Shown: in pieces, positions 51,524 through 61,282 of the stretch
Position numbering within the stretch: the first letter of the stretch is position 1
Layout of the letters: every line of letters starts with the position of its first letter
Origin: Gammaproteobacteria bacterium
GTDB lineage: Bacteria > Pseudomonadota > Gammaproteobacteria > CBDBNL01 > JAAOII01
Direction: 5' to 3'
Length of the DNA: 64,000 nt
Assembly (NCBI GenBank): GCA_965209035.1
Contig: OZ242372.1
Location: forward strand, 608,001-672,000
Notes under the pieces: generated by a model
Database searches by the model: none
Seen by the model: only the letters and a program-made list of their open reading frames with translations
What the model was told of the DNA's origin: nothing
Position numbers and translations under genes: made by a program

Positions 51524-52984
51524 CTAAAAGTGATAGACAAGGCCGTATTGCATCCTCAGGCGCGGATACTCGGCATTGTTGCGTCCGTTAAAGGTTTCGT
51601 GATACAAGTAGCCGATCTCATAGATAAAGTTTAGTCCTTCCCGCACCTCGTGCAGATAGTTGAAATGCAACGAGTGCAAAGACTTTGTGGCACCGCCGCC
51701 CAATGCCAGTTCGTGTTCCTCGTCTGTCAGGGTGCCACTGAGAATTAAATTGTATCTTTTGCCGAAGTCCGCGCCAAACACATAGGAATGACTCGTAACC
51801 TCCGCCAGTTTGTAATCCGTCGCCCCCCGTTGAAACACCTTGGTCGGTACCACTATATAAGACGGGTTGGGGTTGTCGCGCAGGTAGGTGCCACCGTTGT
51901 AGATGTATGCCAACTGAATGGCACTGTCGCGTAAAAAGTGCCATCGCCCGCCCAGGTGAAAGCCGGGGCTTAACACACTCAACCCGCCGGAAAGGGCCTC
52001 GTTGAGAGCCAGTTCTTCTTTCAATGCCGGCACTGGCACGGTAGAACCGCCATCGTCGGCATCGCTCCTCAGTTGTAGCAGCCCTTCGTCTTCTTCAAAC
52101 AACAGCGGCGCGTTATTGTCCAAACGGACATAACGCATTACCAGGGATACGAACCAATCCTGATCCGGCCGTTTTCGGTAATAAGTAAAAACAAAATCCG
52201 GTAACACACCGCGGGTTCGGAGACGTCGCCCAACCTTATAAATCCTCTTGTCCTCTCCATTAAGATCAACAACGTGTACGCGCGGATCGGTAAACACCGT
52301 ATGCGAGTTCAAATTATCCGCAGGCACATTCTCCGTATCAGTCAGCCCAAAGCCGCGATACACCGGATTGTTCGCCTCTTCAAAACCCAAGTAGTAATCT
52401 TCACCGAGCCTCAGTCGGATCAGGAACTGCCGCTTGTAGGGAACACCGACGGGGCCGTTGTATTCAATGAAGTGCGGATAAAAATCCTGTTGAAAATCGG
52501 TAAAAGTGGACCAGCCATAACCGAAACTCACGCTCTTGTATTCCGCCCACAATCTGTATAGGCGCGGCACAAAGGGATCTTCCCTGTCGCCTTCCATAAT
52601 GCCCTCGGCGAACACATCATGATGCTCCCCGCGGTGCCCGATACGCACCCGCGAGCCACTTAGGGTCCCGCCAAATACGGGCGTATCCGAAAGAAGAGGG
52701 CGGCAGTTTAATACATTTCCATCCTCGTCCAGATCCGTAGGAATGCAGGTATTGTCGGCATCCGGGTCACCGCCGCCGTAATCACCGAACACCGGGGTGC
52801 GGGCGGCACGCAGATATGGATCCGCATAAATACTGTCGGCAAAAACACCCACTTGCAGTTGCCCGCTTACATACCAATCGTCTTCCGATGCTTTCGGTTC
52901 GGATTCTTGTGCCGCAAGAACCGGAGGCAACAACAGAACGCAAAAAAACAGGACCGTGCAGTCACGGTAAATGCGGTATCCCAA
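51524..52984 (-). CDS. Outer-membrane porin, DcaP-like
   Basis: Signal peptide; SRVRIG...EGD...PRL..WAEY...G.GWSTFTD...GPVG...R; C-terminal Y.F. Confidence 0.7.
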   Translation of the reverse strand: MGYRIYRDCTVLFFCVLLLPPVLAAQESEPKASEDDWYVSGQLQVGVFADSIYADPYLRAARTPVFGDYGGGDPDADNTCIPTDLDEDGNVLNCRPLLSDTPVFGGTLSGSRVRIGHRGEHHDVFAEGIMEGDREDPFVPRLYRLWAEYKSVSFGYGWSTFTDFQQDFYPHFIEYNGPVGVPYKRQFLIRLRLGEDYYLGFEEANNPVYRGFGLTDTENVPADNLNSHTVFTDPRVHVVDLNGEDKRIYKVGRRLRTRGVLPDFVFTYYRKRPDQDWFVSLVMRYVRLDNNAPLLFEEDEGLLQLRSDADDGGSTVPVPALKEELALNEALSGGLSVLSPGFHLGGRWHFLRDSAIQLAYIYNGGTYLRDNPNPSYIVVPTKVFQRGATDYKLAEVTSHSYVFGADFGKRYNLILSGTLTDEEHELALGGGATKSLHSLHFNYLHEVREGLNFIYEIGYLYHETFNGRNNAEYPRLRMQYGLVYHF

Positions 52985-52993
52985 AATCTTTTA

Positions 52994-53668
52994 TTAAAAC
53001 GGATTAAAGTAAGGGTCCAATGTCGTGTACCTGTTAGCCGCGCATGCGGGTGCGTTAGCCACTTGTCTTGTATCGCCGGGAATCCCAAGGCCAAGATAGA
53101 GAGTTTCCCCCTCACGCAAGTAAACACTGCAAACTCTTGCTCTGCCCTGTCTCGCTGCATCTCCCGCATAGACATAATTGATGGCAGTTGTAGTTCGATT
53201 CATACCGCCCAGTGTGGCTATGATTGATCCGGCGGAAAATACGGTGCCGGCGGCGGCCGCTATATGAGATCTAATACGGGAACGGTCCAATGGAATAATC
53301 CGTGCCTGTTGAATAATAGTATTCCTGTCGGCTTCCGACAGCTGCTCGGCATAGCTGCCGTCTTCCAAATTACATTTAGCGGGATTACTGCCGGATTGCT
53401 GAACATAACCCGAAACGGCCTTGCTACCCTCAAAATAAAAAAAACAACGGGTGGGTGTGTTGCCGACCAGGTCAAATACGGTGCAACCGCAAGCATTGGC
53501 TTGGATCCAAAGTCCTTGCAGAGCCTCAATACCGTCGCCGGAGGAGCCGCTGTTGCCACCGCCGCCGCAGCCTGAAAGAACAAGCAGCGGAAACAGAGGC
53601 AGCAGGCATTTTCTAAAAAACCCCTTGCGAAAAGACGCCGGTTTTGTCAATTTTGTAAGATAATTCAT
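52994..53668 (-). CDS. Hypothetical Cys-containing lipoprotein
   Basis: Start ATG 53668; lipobox LSGC followed by GGGGNSGSSG. Confidence 0.75.
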   Translation of the reverse strand: MNYLTKLTKPASFRKGFFRKCLLPLFPLLVLSGCGGGGNSGSSGDGIEALQGLWIQANACGCTVFDLVGNTPTRCFFYFEGSKAVSGYVQQSGSNPAKCNLEDGSYAEQLSEADRNTIIQQARIIPLDRSRIRSHIAAAAGTVFSAGSIIATLGGMNRTTTAINYVYAGDAARQGRARVCSVYLREGETLYLGLGIPGDTRQVANAPACAANRYTTLDPYFNPF

Positions 53669-53852
53669 TTCCTTATTATACAATTCTTTACTGTCGTTTT
53701 TTTCACGGAATGACCCCGCAATACATCTAATGCGACAACAGAAGCACACCAAAACAATACGCAACGGACTTCGCAAACGCAAATAGCAGCCGTTATCCCG
53801 GGATCTATTGCCGCACGATCGCAAGGCAACGGAATAAACCTATGCAGTTTTT

Positions 53853-54983
53853 TCACAGAACCACCAAGTTATCGCGATGAATCAATTCGGGTTCGTATTC
53901 ATAGCCCAAAATCTTGCCTATCTCACCGCTGGCCTTACCGCAAAGTTTTTGACAGTCCGCCGTCCCGTAATTAACCAGACCGCGCACAACTTCTTTCCCT
54001 TTACTGTCATAGCAACCGACCGGATCGCCACGCTCAAACAGCCCTTCAGCACGCACAACCCCCACAGGCAGCAAACTGACACCGCTATGGAACACCGCTC
54101 GGATGGCGCCGTCGTCCAGATAGAGTTTACCGCGCGGCCGCAACTGGCCGACAAGCCAACGCTTGCGGGCTGCGGAAGGGGCCCGTCCCGCTCTAAACAG
54201 GCTGCCGATATCTTCTCCCAGATGAAGACGACACAACACATTTCGCTCGCCGCCGTGTGCGACCCGGGTGGGTGTGCCGGAATGCGCCGCCAGACGCGCC
54301 GCCCGAATTTTTGTCAGCATACCGCCGCGCCCCAATTCGCCCTTACCGCCGGCAAGGGCCGCCGTTTTTTCGTCTTCCGCATTCGCTTCTTTGATTAATT
54401 TTGCATTCGGAAACAGGCGCGGGTCCGCATCATACAGACCGTCGCAATCCGTCAAAATAACGAGAAGATCCGCATTCAACAGATTGGCCGTCATGGCGGC
54501 AAGTTCGTCATTATTGCCGAAACAGACTTCCTCATCCAGCAGGGTATCGTTTTCGTTAACAATCGGCACAAGCCCCAAGTCCAGCAACCTAATCAGAGTG
54601 GCGCGCGCATTCAGATAACTTTTGCGTCTTTCCAGGTCATAGTGCGTGAGTAACACCTGCGCGACACGAAGCCCGTAGGTATCGGCAATGTGTCGCCAGG
54701 TACTCATCACAGTCGGCTGTCCCACCGCGGCAGCGGCCTGGAGACTCCGCAACGAAACATCCTTTTCTTTCCAACCCAACACTTGTCTGCCGGCTGCCAC
54801 AGCCCCGGAAGAAACCAACACCAACCGCAGGCCGCGGTCGCGCAGCTCCGCCAACTGACGACAAAGGGAATTAATCAGTTGATCGTTGAGCCCCTCTTCT
54901 GTCTGACCCTGTTGTGCCAATAAGGAACTGCCGATCTTAACAATCCACAAGGGCGTCTCGGCGGTCTTTTTTGCTATGTTCAT
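53853..54983 (-). CDS. proB: Glutamate 5-kinase
   Basis: VKIGSSLL, VSSGAVAAG, NENDT, GGMLTK, C-terminal PUA domain. Confidence 0.97.
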   Translation of the reverse strand: MNIAKKTAETPLWIVKIGSSLLAQQGQTEEGLNDQLINSLCRQLAELRDRGLRLVLVSSGAVAAGRQVLGWKEKDVSLRSLQAAAAVGQPTVMSTWRHIADTYGLRVAQVLLTHYDLERRKSYLNARATLIRLLDLGLVPIVNENDTLLDEEVCFGNNDELAAMTANLLNADLLVILTDCDGLYDADPRLFPNAKLIKEANAEDEKTAALAGGKGELGRGGMLTKIRAARLAAHSGTPTRVAHGGERNVLCRLHLGEDIGSLFRAGRAPSAARKRWLVGQLRPRGKLYLDDGAIRAVFHSGVSLLPVGVVRAEGLFERGDPVGCYDSKGKEVVRGLVNYGTADCQKLCGKASGEIGKILGYEYEPELIHRDNLVVL

Positions 54984-55452
54984 CGTCTTTTAATTTTAGG
55001 ATACCGGACCGCAAATTTGGGCCGCAGATTTGATGCGACAGCCCGCAACAGCCGATAAAAGTCCGAATTCCCGGAACTCTGGCCAATCTCCCCCAATCTC
55101 CCGGTGGCGTGACACAAGATGAACACCAAGTGTCCGCCACAGGAATCTGTAAGTGCATCCGTCAGTCGTCGGACAGCCGTCAATGCGAACCCGGAGGATA
55201 TGGTCGTCGCGGTCCCGACACATTCCTTGCCGTAATTGTGTAAAAGAACTTGTCTTTGTTACGGATGCGGAGTTGCAAATGCGGAAAATACCGTTCAATA
55301 TTCAAAGGGCGTATCTTGTTGTACCTTTTGGGAAAATTTTCATTCCTTTGGCAGACTAAGGCTTTCAATTGTTGCGTATGTTTCGTATATTTCATGTGTT
55401 GCATACCGGAATCGCAAAAAATACTCGTTGATGATGACTGATGATTAATGCC

Positions 55453-56529
55453 TTAATCGGAGACGGGCTTGGCGGCGGGAGCAGCTGGATTCTCGAGAAG
55501 CGAAGAGTCGCCGGTGTTGCGGGCGGTATCGGCGGCCAGGAATGTTCGCACCTTCCGGCAAACCGCATCCACCCCCTCACCTCGCAGAGAGGATACCTTG
55601 TAAACCGGCAGACCAAATTGTTTGAGTTGGTTGAGTCGCAAACTAAGGCACTTCGCATCCGGCAGATCGGCCTTGGAACCGAGAATCCACCTGGGTATCC
55701 TTAGCAGGTTTTTGTCAAAGGCACTCAACTCTCTTTCAAAAATGCGGACATCTTCCGCGGGGTCTGCACCCGACAAGTCCGTCAGATGAAACAGCAGACG
55801 CGCCCTGCGGATATGCCTTAAAAATTCCAAACCCAGTCCTTTGCCGGCGGCGGCTCCCTTTATGATACCGGGTAAATCCGCCAGGATTAGACCCCGTTCC
55901 GCCCCGGACACAGCCTCCGCAAAAACACCGCATGCCGGATCCAGCGTGGTGAACGGATAGTTGGCAACCTTTGGTTTGGCGGCCGTCGCGGCGGCAAGAA
56001 ACGAAGACTTGCCCGCATTCGGCAGACCGACCAGCCCGACATCCGACAGAATTCGCAATTCCAATTTTAGTTTTCGCTTCTCGCCCGGGAATCCCGAAGT
56101 GGCTTTAACCGGCGCCCGTCGGACGGAGCTCTTGAAATGCCTGTTGCCGTATCCGCCCTTGCCGCCGTAGGCGACCGCCAACCGTTCGCCGTCTGTCATA
56201 ACTTCTCCAATCCGTTCGTCGCTGTCGGCGTCATATACCAGAGTCCCAATCGGCACGGGTAACACAAGCTCTTTGCCGTCCGCTCCCCGCCTGTTTGTTT
56301 TGCCTCCGGATTTGCCGGACGGCGCCGCATAGGCATCGGTGTACTTGTAATCCAACAGACTGTGCAGTTTGTCATCGCCCAACAAGAACACATCGCCCCC
56401 CTTGCCGCCGTCGCCGCCGTCCGGTCCGCCGCGGGCGACATTTTTTTCTCGCCGGAAGGAAACAATTCCTTTGCCGCCATCGCCGGCCTTCACCGTGATT
56501 AAGGCACCGTCAACAAACCGCATGATCAA
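55453..56529 (-). CDS. obgE: GTPase Obg/CgtA
   Basis: FRREK..GGPDGGDGG, GLPNAGKS, YPFTT, DLPG. Confidence 0.97.
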   Translation of the reverse strand: MIMRFVDGALITVKAGDGGKGIVSFRREKNVARGGPDGGDGGKGGDVFLLGDDKLHSLLDYKYTDAYAAPSGKSGGKTNRRGADGKELVLPVPIGTLVYDADSDERIGEVMTDGERLAVAYGGKGGYGNRHFKSSVRRAPVKATSGFPGEKRKLKLELRILSDVGLVGLPNAGKSSFLAAATAAKPKVANYPFTTLDPACGVFAEAVSGAERGLILADLPGIIKGAAAGKGLGLEFLRHIRRARLLFHLTDLSGADPAEDVRIFERELSAFDKNLLRIPRWILGSKADLPDAKCLSLRLNQLKQFGLPVYKVSSLRGEGVDAVCRKVRTFLAADTARNTGDSSLLENPAAPAAKPVSD

Positions 56530-57027
56530 TGAAAAACATCACCTTACCGGTATCAAGGGGAACCCCTGCCGATGAGAGTGTTTTGAGGATGTATCCCAAA
56601 ATACGAATGCCTCCCGCACAGCATAACCGAAAAAGAGCGGGGGAACGCATGCCGATGCAAATTGTTTTTGGGAAGCCGGCAGGAAGCAACCGGAATGCAG
56701 CCGGGAATAGGGATGCTGTCCGCATAGCCGCGGGGACCGAGGTCGCGTTGGAATTGATCTTGTTGTGAGCGATTTGAGGAACTCACAACTCACCCCGGAG
56801 GACTGTTTGGGCCCTAAGTTTTTTGCGTGTTCGGGCTGTTTAAGCATCTAAATTTCTAAAAAGCCCAAATCGTCCGGGGTGTCCGAACCGTCCGAACTGT
56901 CCAAACCTTATAAGATTTGTAATCTGTCTTATCTGACTTACCCGCCTTATTTTTTTACCCTACCCCAACTCGTAGGATTGGATTGGATTGGATTGACCCT
57001 CACATTGCGCCCGGTGAGGTTTCCGAA

Positions 57028-57288
57028 TCAGACGGGCGGCAGAATATCTATGTACTTGCGTCTGTGCGGGCCGCGCACCGAAAAGGATACAACTCCGTCC
57101 GCCTTGGCAAAAAGAGTCCAATCGCCGCCACAGCCGACATTGTCACCCGCGTGAAACCCTGTACCGCGCTGGCGGACAATAATGTTGCCGGAACGCACCT
57201 TTTGGCCGCCGAAACGCTTGACACCAAGTCGTTTGGAATGCGAATCTCGACCGTTGCGAGTGCTACCCGCCGCTTTTTTATGTGCCAT
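57028..57288 (-). CDS. rpmA: 50S ribosomal protein L27
   Basis: [23 protein letters not shown]. Confidence 0.99.
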   Translation of the reverse strand: MAHKKAAGSTRNGRDSHSKRLGVKRFGGQKVRSGNIIVRQRGTGFHAGDNVGCGGDWTLFAKADGVVSFSVRGPHRRKYIDILPPV

Positions 57289-57354
57289 AACTTCTAACTT
57301 TTATTGATTTATCAATCTATTGGTCTATTAATTTATGAATGTTCCTCAATGTAT

Positions 57355-58221
57355 TTATTTTGAACCCTTTTTCTGAGCCGACCTGCGTCCGAAAAGTTTG
57401 CCGACTACGGAGCGACCCGGCTTCTTGGCTGCCATCTTGGGGTCAATAGCGGGCGAAGCGGGTTTGGCTGCCGGACTCGCTTTCTCCGACTTGGATGGTT
57501 GAACAGTCGGGGAAGATTTTTTTGTGTCTTTTTGTTTCTCTTTTAATAACAATTCCACTCCCGCCCCTGTGTCCGTCCGGGTCTGTTTTGCCGCCGGCTC
57601 GGATGCAACGGAACTCCCTTTCGCCAGTTTTGAACCCTTTGCCGGCGACGATGTCCCGGATGTTTCGGCCGGCGTGACAGCGGCACTCTTTGCGGTTCCT
57701 TTGACGGAAAGGGCCGCGGCCTTACCGCTCGGCGGCGGGAGGCGAACAGGGCGGTTAAGAGATGCTCTGAGTTTTGTTACTTTATCGGAATCGGGTTTTT
57801 CGTCCGCCCCCAAAATTAATACTTCCGTGAACCACTGGCGATGTCCCTGTCGCTTCAAACTGTGCTTGCGCCGCTTAAACTTGATGATCCTTATCTTGTC
57901 GCTTCTCGCATGGCGGATCACGACCGCACGCACTGTTTGGTTGGCAAGGTATGGTGTGCCGAATTCAGTTTTAGTATTCATGCCGTTGCCCTTGCTACTG
58001 CTGTCGGCACCGCCATTATTACCATGACCTTCGCCTTGAGGGCTGCCGGCGGCATCATCGGATTTGGCGGCGGAATCACCCTGTGCGGCAAAAAGGACCT
58101 TGTCAAAAAGAACCTCTTCGCCCTCTCGCTGGTTTAGTTTTTCCAAACGGACAAGCGAACCGACGGCAACTCGGTATTGCTTGCCACCGCTTTCAAAAAT
58201 TTTGTAAGACACAGAAGACAT
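57355..58221 (-). CDS. rplU: 50S ribosomal protein L21 with internal insertion and long C-terminal extension
   Basis: ESGGKQYRV...EKL, GTPY, KFKRRK...GHRQ.FT. Confidence 0.95.
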   Translation of the reverse strand: MSSVSYKIFESGGKQYRVAVGSLVRLEKLNQREGEEVLFDKVLFAAQGDSAAKSDDAAGSPQGEGHGNNGGADSSSKGNGMNTKTEFGTPYLANQTVRAVVIRHARSDKIRIIKFKRRKHSLKRQGHRQWFTEVLILGADEKPDSDKVTKLRASLNRPVRLPPPSGKAAALSVKGTAKSAAVTPAETSGTSSPAKGSKLAKGSSVASEPAAKQTRTDTGAGVELLLKEKQKDTKKSSPTVQPSKSEKASPAAKPASPAIDPKMAAKKPGRSVVGKLFGRRSAQKKGSK

Positions 58222-58256
58222 AATGTTTTTATTTTATAACAAACCACACATTAATA

Positions 58257-58344
58257 GGGCAAAAACCGCACTATTTTCCAAACCCGAATAAAAATAATCC
58301 CCGTATCGCCCTGCTCGGTTTGGAAAATAGTGCGGTTTTTGCCC
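58257..58344. repeat. Perfect 28-bp inverted repeat with 32-nt spacer
   Basis: gggcaaaaaccgcactattttccaaacc (58257-58284) / ggtttggaaaatagtgcggtttttgccc (58317-58344). Confidence 0.95.
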
Positions 58345-58348
58345 GCGC

Positions 58349-58470
58349 CGAACCCGCGAGAATTGTTTAGTAAGCATAATAGCGCAGTTTGAAGGTTCTC
58401 AAAAAAGCCCGTCAATGCGTTTGGGCGTTTGGCGTTGAACGCCCAAAGATTTTAAACAGAATATGTCGCG
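58349..58470 (-). mobile_element. Highly degenerate fragment of the same IS481-like element
   Basis: gagaattgtttagtaagcataa and tttggcgttgaacgcccaaagattttaaacagaatatgtcgc resemble 9357-9462. Confidence 0.55.
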
Positions 58471-58570
58471 ACTATTCCGCCGGGGTTCGGTAAAATTTGC
58501 ACGTTTCGGTACCGTATGCTTGCAAAGAAGGGATGTTATTTCATATAAAAGCATATAAAAGCAAGGATGA

Positions 58571-59350
58571 CTAAACCGCCCGATTCGGGTAAATTGGCAA
58601 GAGTTTGTCCGGCGAACAGAATTGTGGTTTGGGTATGTTGCCGAGCCACTCCAGCAGGTCGACAGCCAACGGGTGAGATTCCGGGAAAAGAACGATCCGT
58701 TTTTTTATGGAGCGGTTTCCGGATGCACCAAAAATCTTCCAAGCGTCTCCCGGCACCACCAAAGGGTGTTTTGTTTTGGGCAGAAGGTCGGCGGTGATTT
58801 CGGCGGGGCTGCTTAAAGATGCCGTTCCGTATTCACCGGGATTGGCGGGTTGAACCGCATCCGGCACAGGGGCGACGGCATCTTTTGCGAGAGAAGGCCC
58901 TTTTTGTTTTTGTTTTTCTTTTTGTTTTGATGACGACTGATAACATGCCCAATATATCCGACCAAAACGGGCGTCTGTCATCGGCAAGATGACGCAGTTT
59001 GCAATGCCGGCTTTGCGGGCGAGATTCTGTCCGCGGAGGGCAAGGGATTGCATGGAAGAGACTCCGAACACGGGGATGTCGGCGGCATAAGCAAGCGATT
59101 GGGTTGCGGCGACTCCGAGCCGCACTCCCATGAGAGATCCGGGACCGATATCACAGACAATGGTATGCAATTGCCGAATGCGGATTTGAGATTCCGCCAG
59201 AAGTCTGTCGATCATGGGCAGTAATAAGCGATTATGCACCCGGGGCTTGACACGCAACAGTTGCCGAACGGGACCCTTGCCACCCAACTGCAAGGCAACC
59301 GAGCAGGCGGATGAACCGCAACTAATTGCAAGTCGGTAGTCGTGCGGCAT
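58571..59350 (-). CDS. tsaB: tRNA threonylcarbamoyladenosine biosynthesis protein TsaB
   Basis: CSVAL, H...LLPMI, GPGSLMGVR.G, DARFG.IY. Confidence 0.9.
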   Translation of the reverse strand: MPHDYRLAISCGSSACSVALQLGGKGPVRQLLRVKPRVHNRLLLPMIDRLLAESQIRIRQLHTIVCDIGPGSLMGVRLGVAATQSLAYAADIPVFGVSSMQSLALRGQNLARKAGIANCVILPMTDARFGRIYWACYQSSSKQKEKQKQKGPSLAKDAVAPVPDAVQPANPGEYGTASLSSPAEITADLLPKTKHPLVVPGDAWKIFGASGNRSIKKRIVLFPESHPLAVDLLEWLGNIPKPQFCSPDKLLPIYPNRAV

Positions 59351-59485
59351 GCATTAATACATTAATGAATGATGATGCGGTTTTTATTTTTTGTGTTTTT
59401 GCATTGGAAGGAGAAATCACCTGTACCGAAACACTCGGGCGGACGCTCTTTCTTTTAAGGGAGCAGAGTTTAGCGGGCAGTCTAA

Positions 59486-60127
59486 CTAAAACAGGTCTTT
59501 CAGTTGTTGGGTTAGGACATCCGCGGACAGAGTCGCATCCGGACGATGATAGCGGCAATCGGTTTCGGCGGAAAGTTTTTGGTAGTAGGAGCAGACTTTC
59601 AAGGTGGTGTTGGCATAGTCTTCTATGCGTTTTTGGACCGATTCGCGGGTGTCGTCCGCCCGTTGTTCCAAAGGTTCGCCGGTAATGTCGTCCTTGCCTT
59701 CGGATTTGGGCGGGTTAAACAAAAGATTGTAGATACGGCCGGATGCCGCATGCACTCGGCGGCTGCTGAGCCGTTTGATGAGATCCTCGGTCGGGCAGTA
59801 AAATTCCACAACATGATCTATGCGGATGTTGTGTTGTTTGAGGTATTCGGCTTGGTTGACAGTGCGCGGGATACCGTCAAGAATAAAGCCGGCGGCACAA
59901 TCGGGCTGTTGCAAACGATTAACAACCAATTCCCCGATGATTGCATCTTCTATCAGTTCGCCTTTGTTCATTTTCTGTTTTACCCGACGCCCCAGTTCGC
60001 TGTTGCGGCGCGTTTCGTCGCGCAGCATGTCGCCCGTGCTGATATGAGCAATGCCGAAATGCCGGGATAGGACCGCGGACTGAGTTCCTTTGCCGCTGCC
60101 GGGCGGACCGAGAAAAACAATATTCAT
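59486..60127 (-). CDS. adk: Adenylate kinase
   Basis: GPPGSGKGTQ, STGDMLR, LDGIPRT, QRADD. Confidence 0.98.
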   Translation of the reverse strand: MNIVFLGPPGSGKGTQSAVLSRHFGIAHISTGDMLRDETRRNSELGRRVKQKMNKGELIEDAIIGELVVNRLQQPDCAAGFILDGIPRTVNQAEYLKQHNIRIDHVVEFYCPTEDLIKRLSSRRVHAASGRIYNLLFNPPKSEGKDDITGEPLEQRADDTRESVQKRIEDYANTTLKVCSYYQKLSAETDCRYHRPDATLSADVLTQQLKDLF

Positions 60128-60216
60128 TCTTGTCTTATGTTTGTTTAGGGTTGGTTAGGTTTGCCAAAGTTTGGAAGCGCGGCGGTATGCGTATACCTGC
60201 GAATGCGGGTATGCCG

Positions 60217-61257
60217 TTATACGGTCGCACAGACACGCCTTGGCAGCAACCTGCCGTCTTTCAATTCCGCCAGACCCAAAAAAACAGGCCGTTCGTCGGC
60301 GGGGGATTTTATTTGCGTGTTTTTTGTAAAAAAGACGCCCACTCGCGGGGGACTTTCGGTATGTCGAAGGGAACTGTCTTTTAAGGATGCTTCTTTTAAG
60401 GACGCAGGTAAGGGCGACGATAAGGGCGGCGGGGCGTAAGGAAAGTCCATACCCCGAACAAACAATTCTCTCTCTTGCGGGGAAAGAAATATATTGGGCA
60501 TCAGATGCGAAAAATCCTCGGGGGGCAAAAGGAAATGAGAGAGATCCAACGCCTCTTCCAGTGCGGCGAAGGTGTGCATCCGTTCGGCGGAAAATCTGTC
60601 TATGCCGGTGCGTCTTAGCCGACTGACATGAGCGCCGCAACCGAGTGCCTCCCCCAAGTCGGTTGCCATGCTTCTTATATAGACGCCTTTGGAGCATTTA
60701 ATTTTTAAGGAAATACGGGGGAGGTCAAAATCTGTTAAGAGCAAGGAATGAATGAAGACCCGGCGTGCCGATGGCAGGACGGGATGGCCGCTGCGCGCAT
60801 ACTTATACAGGGGCTTGCCTTTGTATTTGATAGCCGAGTAAACGGGCGGACATTGCATAATCTCGCCGCGAAATCGGACCAGGGCATCGCGAACATCTTG
60901 CTCGGACAGATCGTCGGGGTCGGCGCGTCGGGTAATCTTACCTTCGCGGTCGCCGGTATCCGTAGTAACGCCGAGTATCCATTGCGTTTCATATTCTTTG
61001 ACGGCACCAAGGAACATGTCCGCCAGTTTTGTATAGCCGCCGAGAAGGATGGGCAGCATCCCTTCTGCAAGCGGATCCAGACTGCCGCCGTGTCCCGCTT
61101 TGGGCCCCGCCTTGGGACCCGCTTCGGCACCGAATTGGCGTTGTCGGAACAATCGCTTAACCATACTGAGTGCCCGATTGGAGGTAATGCCCGCGGGCTT
61201 ATCCAACAACAGAATGCCGTCGGATACCGGGGTGTTCGCTTTTATGGTTGTCTCCAT
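60217..61257 (-). CDS. truB: tRNA pseudouridine-55 synthase
   Basis: LDKPAGITSN, GHGGSLDP, PP.YSAIK, CSKGVYIRS. Confidence 0.96.
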   Translation of the reverse strand: METTIKANTPVSDGILLLDKPAGITSNRALSMVKRLFRQRQFGAEAGPKAGPKAGHGGSLDPLAEGMLPILLGGYTKLADMFLGAVKEYETQWILGVTTDTGDREGKITRRADPDDLSEQDVRDALVRFRGEIMQCPPVYSAIKYKGKPLYKYARSGHPVLPSARRVFIHSLLLTDFDLPRISLKIKCSKGVYIRSMATDLGEALGCGAHVSRLRRTGIDRFSAERMHTFAALEEALDLSHFLLPPEDFSHLMPNIFLSPQERELFVRGMDFPYAPPPLSSPLPASLKEASLKDSSLRHTESPPRVGVFFTKNTQIKSPADERPVFLGLAELKDGRLLPRRVCATV

Positions 61258-61282
61258 ATGACAGGGCTTGGGATTGGAAGTT

